Positions 14,210 to 20,000 of a stretch of DNA of 20,000 bases are shown here, one piece after another. The stretch is from positions 53,044 through 73,043 of IMG/VR virus record IMGVR_UViG_3300039171_000040. The stretch is one strand, 5' to 3'. The position numbers and the translations under genes are program-made. This stretch comes from an uncultured virus (IMG/VR IMGVR_UViG_3300039171_000040). Taxonomy: Duplodnaviria; Heunggongvirae; Uroviricota; Caudoviricetes. Each line of letters starts with the position of its first letter. The first letter of the stretch is position 1. The notes below the pieces were generated by a model. It made no database searches. It was not told the origin of the DNA and saw only the letters and a list, made by a program, of their open reading frames with translations.

Positions 14210-15628
14210 ATGGAAGTCTGTCAAATCATCAACAAACTGCAAGCCACAACCAAGCGAACTGAAAAAGCTGCTATACTCGAAGCCATAAAAGACACTCCCG
14301 AAGAAAACCTGTTCAAACTTGTTGCTTGGTTAACATATGACCCATCAATCACATTTGGGGTTAAGGATGTTGACCTACCAAGCGAACCTGTGTCGGTTGG
14401 TAATCTCTTTGGAGATCTCTTTGGAGATAAAAAAGAATTATCTTTATCCGAAGCTCTTGACGTTTTGGAGTTTCAAATTAGTGAGCGTGATGTGACTGGT
14501 AATGCCGCACATGAACTAATACAAGAAACATTTAATAGTTTATCTAAGAATGATGGGTATGTCTTTAAATGTGTTATTGATCGTGATCTTAAATGTGGTG
14601 CGTCTGCAAAGACAATCAACAAGGTCTGGCCTGATCTAATCTATGTTCATCCCTATATGCGGGCATCTTCTTTTAGCGAAAAGAACTTGAAGAAAATTCA
14701 ATTCCCTTGCATTTCACAGACAAAGGAAGATGGTGAGTACGAAGATATCATCATTCATCCAGAATCTGAAACATTTGAAGTTCGTTCGCGTAGTGGTGCT
14801 ATTAATAATCACCACATCTCTAATGACATGTTTTTAGCAATTTCTAATTTAGACTTGCCTTATAGTTGTGTTCTTATGGGGGAAATTCTTGTTTATGAAA
14901 CACCAGCGCGACAAAAGTTAATGCCTCGTCAAAAAGGAAACGGATATCTGAATTCTAACGAAGTTGATCCCGAAAGGCTGCTTCACGTACTGTGGGATGT
15001 GGTTCCATACAGCGAGTTTAAAGAGTGTGTTTGTCACACTCCCTACGTCGATAGGTTTGAGAGGCTAAAAGCTATTGTAGATGATCTGAGAGAGTACACA
15101 GACCAAGTTAAGCCTATCGACTCCCGTATTGTGAATAGTGTTGATGAAGTTATTGAACATTTCATGGAAAATATTAAAGATGGTCTTGAAGGGACTCTTG
15201 TTAAAAACCAGAGTGCTAAATGGAAAGATGGAACCAGTAACGATTTTGTGAAGATTAAAACAGAGTTTACATGTGATCTTATCATTACAGGATTCAACCA
15301 AGGGAAAACGTTAGGGGAATGGGATGAAGTTCTCGGTTCGTTGATTTGTGAAAGTTTAGATGGTAAGCTTGTGGTTAATGTGGGTACTGGACTAACTGAC
15401 GAACTCAGAAAATCAATCTGGGAAAATCAAGAACTGTATCTGGGAAAAATTGGTGAAATTAAATCTAATGACATCATTGCAAGTGAAACCAAACCTGATA
15501 CGATGAGTTTGTTTCTACCACGCTTGGTTAAGTTCAGAAACGACAAGACACAAGCGGATAGTTATGATAGAATCGTTGAACAGAAAGAAGCTTTTGTTCA
15601 CACACTGGAAGTCATTAACGAGGATTAA
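14210..15628 (+). CDS. gp30: ATP-dependent DNA ligase (T4 gp30-like)
   Basis: RDLKCG...TINKVWP, adenylation motif KEDG, RSRSG, GEIL, WDVV, EGTLVKN, KIK, VGTGLTD, SLFLPR..FRNDK. Confidence 0.96.
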   Translation: MEVCQIINKLQATTKRTEKAAILEAIKDTPEENLFKLVAWLTYDPSITFGVKDVDLPSEPVSVGNLFGDLFGDKKELSLSEALDVLEFQISERDVTGNAAHELIQETFNSLSKNDGYVFKCVIDRDLKCGASAKTINKVWPDLIYVHPYMRASSFSEKNLKKIQFPCISQTKEDGEYEDIIIHPESETFEVRSRSGAINNHHISNDMFLAISNLDLPYSCVLMGEILVYETPARQKLMPRQKGNGYLNSNEVDPERLLHVLWDVVPYSEFKECVCHTPYVDRFERLKAIVDDLREYTDQVKPIDSRIVNSVDEVIEHFMENIKDGLEGTLVKNQSAKWKDGTSNDFVKIKTEFTCDLIITGFNQGKTLGEWDEVLGSLICESLDGKLVVNVGTGLTDELRKSIWENQELYLGKIGEIKSNDIIASETKPDTMSLFLPRLVKFRNDKTQADSYDRIVEQKEAFVHTLEVINED

Positions 15629-15634
15629 AAGATT

Positions 15635-15850
15635 ATGTCAAAATGTTCAGTTGTATTTGAAGATGTGAAAGATGATCAAGTGGGTATGAATATTGACCTA
15701 CCAAGTCTTGAAAACGCAGATGATTACACAGGGGCTGTGCATCTAACACTTCTCATAGAATTTATTATTAAACGTGGGTATCATACTCAATTCGAGGAAG
15801 AATTCTATAATCATGAAATCAAAGAATTGAAAGATCAGAAGGGGCGTTAA
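15635..15850 (+). CDS. small hypothetical protein
   Basis: 71 aa, SD GAGGA, directly after the ligase gene. Confidence 0.7.
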   Translation: MSKCSVVFEDVKDDQVGMNIDLPSLENADDYTGAVHLTLLIEFIIKRGYHTQFEEEFYNHEIKELKDQKGR

Positions 15851-15855
15851 GCCCC
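15841..15855. terminator. hairpin between convergent transcription units
   Basis: GGGGC-GTTAA-GCCCC followed by a pyrimidine run. Confidence 0.55.
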
Positions 15856-15868
15856 CTCTCTCTTTCCT

Positions 15869-17848
15869 TTACTGGCTATACGCTCGTGAATAATCTGCGT
15901 AACTTTTATTGCGGAAGTTTACATCGGGGTTAGCTGTGTTACCGCCACCGCCTTCTACTATTGTGTTACTGACATTTGTATTAGAAGGCGCGTTTACGAT
16001 AGCCGCAGATGATTGTTGTTGTTTTTGTTTTGTAGAATTCATTCCTCTATTTGTCATGCTGAAAGTTTCAGCAGTTTTAGTGCTTCCTGAATCACCATAA
16101 CCAAACCTTCTGTCAAATTCAGCCTGCAAATCTTCGTCAGATGTATCTTTTACTCCACTGATTTGATCCATGCTTCTCTTTGCAATTTCCTGAGAACCAA
16201 CAAATCCTTTTTTCTCTTCATCATCACCAAAACCAAGAAACGATTTAACAGAATTAAATCCGCTTTTAACCGTATCACCAGCAAAATCTTTTATACCACC
16301 AACAAAAGAGTCAAGACTATCACCTATAGAAGATAGAAATTCACCCGCACCTTCAAAAGATGGTATATTATCTGTAAAGAATTTAACAATGGAATCAAAT
16401 ATACTAGAAACAAATCCAGTAACTTTTGAAATTACTGTATTAATTCCTTCCGTAACTTTATTTCCAATATCTTCAAACGTAATTGCATCAATCCCAAAAA
16501 ATCCAGTCACCATATTAAACAAAGCCAAAGGAATACTCAGAACACTTTTTGCAATTCCTTTTACACCATCTAACAAAGACTGTTCTTGATCTGGGCCAAA
16601 GCCAAACAATGACAACACATCATTGAATATACCTTTATAGAAATCAAACATTCCTTTTATACTGTTGGAAATTATTTGTTTTGAATTCTCTGGCATGAAA
16701 TCAATATCCATACCAAACCAACCCATCACTGTAGACACAATGGAATTAATCATACTCAAAAATCCATCGACAACAGAACCTATACCCGCTGCAATTCTGT
16801 CGCTTATTGTTACCTCACTCTCACCAAGCCCTAAAATCTCACCAGCGTTAAAGAAACCCTCAATAAACTCATAAATTGCATAGATCACAGCAGGGATTAT
16901 AGCTACCTTAGCAGCGAGTCCAGCAATAGTGCTACTGGCAGCAAGGATAGGGCCGAAAAAGCCAGCTATGCCCGTTACAGCCGCCATGATAGCGCCACCC
17001 ATACCACCGCCAAGAATACTATTCAGCATGGAATCTGATTCTGGGTCGCCTGTTGGTGAAGGTGATCCACCTCTTTCTCCACCAGCATCTTGTCGTCTTT
17101 GTGCTTCTATATTATCGTACTCGTTTTGCTCTCTTAGAAGTCTTTGCTCTTCTTTAACCTCTTCTTCAACTCTAACAAGTTCTGACAACTTTCTGTTTGT
17201 TTCAGTTGTTCCATCTCCCCAAATCGAATTAAGAGTGACAAGCTGATCTAATATACTTTCTAAGTATTTTTCAGAATCACTAACAGAACCACCGCCACCA
17301 GAAACAGTATCTTCATCATCATCTAGAATATCATTTGCTCTTATTTGCCCATCACGCTCTTGTTGTGAACGTTGTAATTTCTTTGATTTCTGATTGCTTG
17401 CGCCTTCACCAACAGTTTGTAATAATCTAGCACCATATCCAAGAATTGGGCTTGCAGTCATAATAGCAGATGTGATGTTGTCAAAGCTTGGAAGAACGTT
17501 TGCTAATCCTCCACCCCCACCACCAGAAGAGGCACCACCACCAGATTCAAGATCTTTTGTCAGATCGTCGCTCAGATTTGTCAGCTTTCTAACCATGTTC
17601 TTTTTGGTTTTTTCGCTAACACTAATATTTCTATTTACCAAATCCCTAACAGTCTGATTAAGCTCTTCAATGCTTCTCATCATCAGCCTTGGTTTATTGG
17701 ATGTCTGAGCAACAATGGCAGATTCAACCATTTTTTTGATAATGGCTTTTACGTCATTGTCATTCTCAGCAGCCCTCAAGTCAATTGCTCTTTTCATCTG
17801 AGTTTTTTGAGAAAGTGCTTTTATTATACTGTTTGCGGGAGATGCCAT
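15869..17848 (-). CDS. tail tape measure / baseplate hub protein (T4 gp29-like)
   Basis: 659 aa; coiled coil, hydrophobic Gly/Ala-rich segments, periodic aromatic amphipathic repeats, C-terminal NAPSNTNVSNT; lies downstream of gp26/gp51-like genes. Confidence 0.8.
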   Translation of the reverse strand: MASPANSIIKALSQKTQMKRAIDLRAAENDNDVKAIIKKMVESAIVAQTSNKPRLMMRSIEELNQTVRDLVNRNISVSEKTKKNMVRKLTNLSDDLTKDLESGGGASSGGGGGGLANVLPSFDNITSAIMTASPILGYGARLLQTVGEGASNQKSKKLQRSQQERDGQIRANDILDDDEDTVSGGGGSVSDSEKYLESILDQLVTLNSIWGDGTTETNRKLSELVRVEEEVKEEQRLLREQNEYDNIEAQRRQDAGGERGGSPSPTGDPESDSMLNSILGGGMGGAIMAAVTGIAGFFGPILAASSTIAGLAAKVAIIPAVIYAIYEFIEGFFNAGEILGLGESEVTISDRIAAGIGSVVDGFLSMINSIVSTVMGWFGMDIDFMPENSKQIISNSIKGMFDFYKGIFNDVLSLFGFGPDQEQSLLDGVKGIAKSVLSIPLALFNMVTGFFGIDAITFEDIGNKVTEGINTVISKVTGFVSSIFDSIVKFFTDNIPSFEGAGEFLSSIGDSLDSFVGGIKDFAGDTVKSGFNSVKSFLGFGDDEEKKGFVGSQEIAKRSMDQISGVKDTSDEDLQAEFDRRFGYGDSGSTKTAETFSMTNRGMNSTKQKQQQSSAAIVNAPSNTNVSNTIVEGGGGNTANPDVNFRNKSYADYSRAYSQ

Positions 17849-17849
17849 T

Positions 17850-18035
17850 TTACCCTGCCTCTATTTCTTTTATTAGATTTTGTGCCATCGAAAGATAAAT
17901 CTCTCTCTCATAAGGTAACATGTTTTCAAGATCATCAAGTGTGAAATTGTTAGAAACTTTAAAGTTGTGGTTTGGATGAAATAATACACTAAAGTTGTTT
18001 GTATAATAGCTTTCAACCGACTCATGACAAACCAT
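17850..18035 (-). CDS. short gp51-like baseplate hub assembly ORF (possible frameshift extension of the upstream gene)
   Basis: YYTNNFS...FTLDDLENMLPYEREIYLSM motif typical of the short 'gp51' of T4-like phages; TAATG overlap. Confidence 0.8.
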   Translation of the reverse strand: MVCHESVESYYTNNFSVLFHPNHNFKVSNNFTLDDLENMLPYEREIYLSMAQNLIKEIEAG

Positions 18036-18760
18036 TAGATAAAAAAATCATTGATGCCTTTAAACGTAATGGTTTCTTTCTTATTGTCCAGCTTTGGAAG
18101 TGTAACGTCCACCTTGTGTTCGATACGCGGGATGCTTGAAAAGAATTTATTAATTACTTTCATGTTTAACATATCAATATCATCAACAAACTCAATCATC
18201 TCTTCATCGCTAATATCTTCACGGTTGTAAACATTTTCTGCATCAAACACACACACGATACATTTTGAAATAAGTTCAATGTCGTCATTGGTGTCTTTCA
18301 TTTCACGAATAATCTTCAAAGTTGGATATCTAAGCTTAACACCAAGCTGTGATTCTTTATCAAGAATTATTTTATCATCAACTTTTTCTTCAACCACAAC
18401 TTTGATATCATCAATGTTGATTTCGATATTAACAAAATCTGTTTTTTCAATACCCTTTTCATCGGTGTACTTGTAGCTAAATCTTGGCTTGATAATCTCA
18501 CCAACAGACTTGGCACGAATTCTAAGGAATATATCTTCCATGTCAAACGAACTAAGATTGTCGATATCAATGTCATCAAGAATACAATTATGCAAAATCT
18601 GCATTACAGCTTCAAGGATTCGACTTGTGTTCTTTTCTTCTTGTTTAGCCAGCAACAGAATCTTTTGTTCCGCGTTTGTGAACGGGCGATAAGAAACTTT
18701 TTTGTTCAGACCCACCAAGTGGTGTGTGTATTTCGGGTGTTTAATCTTAGGTAATGCCAT
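18035..18760 (-). CDS. gp26: baseplate hub subunit / assembly chaperone (gp26-like)
   Basis: MALPKI..P.Y, YRPF...EQKILLLA, FDMEDIFLRIRAKSVGE, LRYPT, FF.SIP, C-terminal G.NDFF. Confidence 0.9.
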   Translation of the reverse strand: MALPKIKHPKYTHHLVGLNKKVSYRPFTNAEQKILLLAKQEEKNTSRILEAVMQILHNCILDDIDIDNLSSFDMEDIFLRIRAKSVGEIIKPRFSYKYTDEKGIEKTDFVNIEINIDDIKVVVEEKVDDKIILDKESQLGVKLRYPTLKIIREMKDTNDDIELISKCIVCVFDAENVYNREDISDEEMIEFVDDIDMLNMKVINKFFSSIPRIEHKVDVTLPKLDNKKETITFKGINDFFI

Positions 18761-18767
18761 CTTACTT

Positions 18768-19721
18768 TTATCCTAATTTGTCCAGTGTTCCATCAATCAA
18801 ACCAATTAATTGAGCTTTTTGGTCGCTGCTAATTACATTGTTTAAATCGAGGTTGGCTTTAATGCCATTTAATAGTGATGCTGATTTGTTCGTAGATTGA
18901 CCGGTTGTGTTCTTCACAACATCATCAACCATATTGTATATATCTACAGCTTCACCCTCTAGACTTGCACCACCTAAAAATTGAGTCTCTACAAAGTCTA
19001 TGCCGCGCTGTACCGCTGGATTAGAAAGTATAGGGGTAGTGAATGGGCCTAGCGGTGTCTGTGCAAGAGAACCCACACCAGACGGTTGTGTGACCTCAGC
19101 AGTTGTCCACTTTCTGTAAGCAAAAGTAACACTGATTTTGTGATACTCGTCATTGCTTTCATTGGAAAGCTGCATCGTGCTTATGTCAACAGGGAAAGCG
19201 TCTTTAATAATAACCTTATGTGTTACTTGATCCAGTTCGTTTAGTTGTTGAATTTCAATACTAGGCGACACATACGTATTAAAGTAAGAAATTTCATGTG
19301 TGTTAGGATCAATGATCATATTCATCCACTTGTCAATAATATTCTTTTCCAAAAAATCTCTTGACACAACAAATGTAAATTCAACAGGTGTGTATGTGAT
19401 GTCATGAGCCGCACTGAAATAATCAGAATTGTACTTGGTTTCTGACACAGCCAAAGCCTTTGATGGAAATTGTGCTGATTCACACATGATATCCAATCCA
19501 CGCACAATTTCTGTACCAGACCCCAGATAACTCTTAACCAAATTGATACCAACAGAACCGATTAAAGGTTGAAGAAAATTACCAGCCTCATCATCATCAG
19601 ACTTTTCAGAATTCAAACTTTGTTGTAGAATTTCAGGCAAGCTTATGATAACATTAAACCTATTGGTTCGAGCTAAACCATGCTTTGTTATATGTTTTAT
19701 TGATTCGTTTAGCGAAGCCAT
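18768..19721 (-). CDS. tail tube / baseplate-tail tube initiator family protein (gp19/gp54-like)
   Basis: GLARTNRFNV, CESAQFPS, TF.V..D......KW, DAFP.DIS..QLS, VTFAYRKW. Confidence 0.85.
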   Translation of the reverse strand: MASLNESIKHITKHGLARTNRFNVIISLPEILQQSLNSEKSDDDEAGNFLQPLIGSVGINLVKSYLGSGTEIVRGLDIMCESAQFPSKALAVSETKYNSDYFSAAHDITYTPVEFTFVVSRDFLEKNIIDKWMNMIIDPNTHEISYFNTYVSPSIEIQQLNELDQVTHKVIIKDAFPVDISTMQLSNESNDEYHKISVTFAYRKWTTAEVTQPSGVGSLAQTPLGPFTTPILSNPAVQRGIDFVETQFLGGASLEGEAVDIYNMVDDVVKNTTGQSTNKSASLLNGIKANLDLNNVISSDQKAQLIGLIDGTLDKLG

Positions 19722-19730
19722 ATTTTAAAC

Positions 19731-19738
19731 CATAAATA
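19731..19738 (+). promoter_or_regulatory. late promoter variant for gp2
   Basis: CATAAATA about 45 nt upstream of ATG 19784. Confidence 0.55.
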
Positions 19739-19757
19739 GATAATTAGACTATACTGT

Positions 19758-19765
19758 TATTTATA
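19758..19765 (-). promoter_or_regulatory. T4-type late promoter for the tail module
   Basis: TATTTATA on + equals TATAAATA on -, about 36 nt upstream of ATG 19721. Confidence 0.8.
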
Positions 19766-19783
19766 ACGCACCACAGGAACATC

Positions 19784-20000
19784 ATGGCAGAGAATAAAGA
19801 ATATAAAAATACAACAGGTACTGATCTAAAGGTTTTGCAAAACCTTGAGAAATCGTATTTTGAAAGCCAAGGCCCAAAGTCAAGACGTAACATTAAAAAG
19901 AGTATGGACTGGTTTAGAAAACGTGTTACAAAGAACTTTAGTAGCGTAAGAACTGCTAGGATGTTTCGTGATCAAGAATTGTTTTCAAGCGGAATGACTC
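19784..20000 (+). CDS. gp2: DNA end protector (T4 gp2-like), 5' part only
   Basis: ATG after SD AGGA; open to the window end; KKSMDWFRKRV motif; divergent from the tail tube-like gene as in T4-like genomes. Confidence 0.7.
   Translation, partial: MAENKEYKNTTGTDLKVLQNLEKSYFESQGPKSRRNIKKSMDWFRKRVTKNFSSVRTARMFRDQELFSSGMT

Noticed and set aside
50..15301. Minus-strand ORFs in the track other than 8320-8820 (e.g. 3372-3746, 6980-7300, 9606-9911)
   Set aside because: Antisense to convincing plus-strand genes, with no supporting promoter, RBS or motif
14210..15628. Intein, intron or homing endonuclease in ligase, primase or PhoH
   Set aside because: All three are of ordinary length with contiguous motifs; no splicing or endonuclease motifs seen
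17505..17545. Gly-rich low-complexity stretch in the tape measure gene as a repeat element
   Set aside because: An ordinary flexible linker (GGGASSGGGGGG) within the CDS
15909..19552. Plus-strand ORFs and alternate-frame ORFs inside the tail genes
   Set aside because: They are shadows of well-supported minus-strand structural genes and lack RBS or recognisable motifs
1..20000. Alternative genetic code (stop-codon reassignment)
   Set aside because: Core genes are intact under the standard code, and TAA, TAG and TGA all end genes at sensible positions

Overview
This window is a 20-kb segment of a T4-like (large myovirus) phage genome, probably from a gammaproteobacterial host. Evidence for this: T4 late promoters (TATAAATA), DNA primase gp61, DNA ligase gp30, PhoH with an FmdB-type zinc ribbon, a ClpP-like protease, a T5 A1-like protein, a two-component spanin, and a minus-strand tail module (gp54/gp19-like, gp26-like, short gp51-like, tape measure) that diverges from the start of the DNA end protector gp2. 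Between about 3.4 and 8.3 kb lies an accessory region with repeated sigma70 early-promoter cassettes. The four strongest leads are: (1) a phage-encoded ribosome-rescue factor ArfA whose stop codon sits at the top of a long RNase III-type hairpin, near RNA-repair-type HAD and nucleotidyltransferase genes; (2) an in-phase T_TTT_TTT slippery site that could fuse gp26-like and gp51-like ORFs by -1 frameshift just upstream of the tape measure gene, as in lambda G/GT and P2 E/E'; (3) three small proteins with T4 capsid-targeting-like N-termini, one with an RNase-toxin-like core; (4) position-conserved dyads in early promoters, two of which drive only tiny peptides. All protein calls come from motif recognition by eye; no searches were run.
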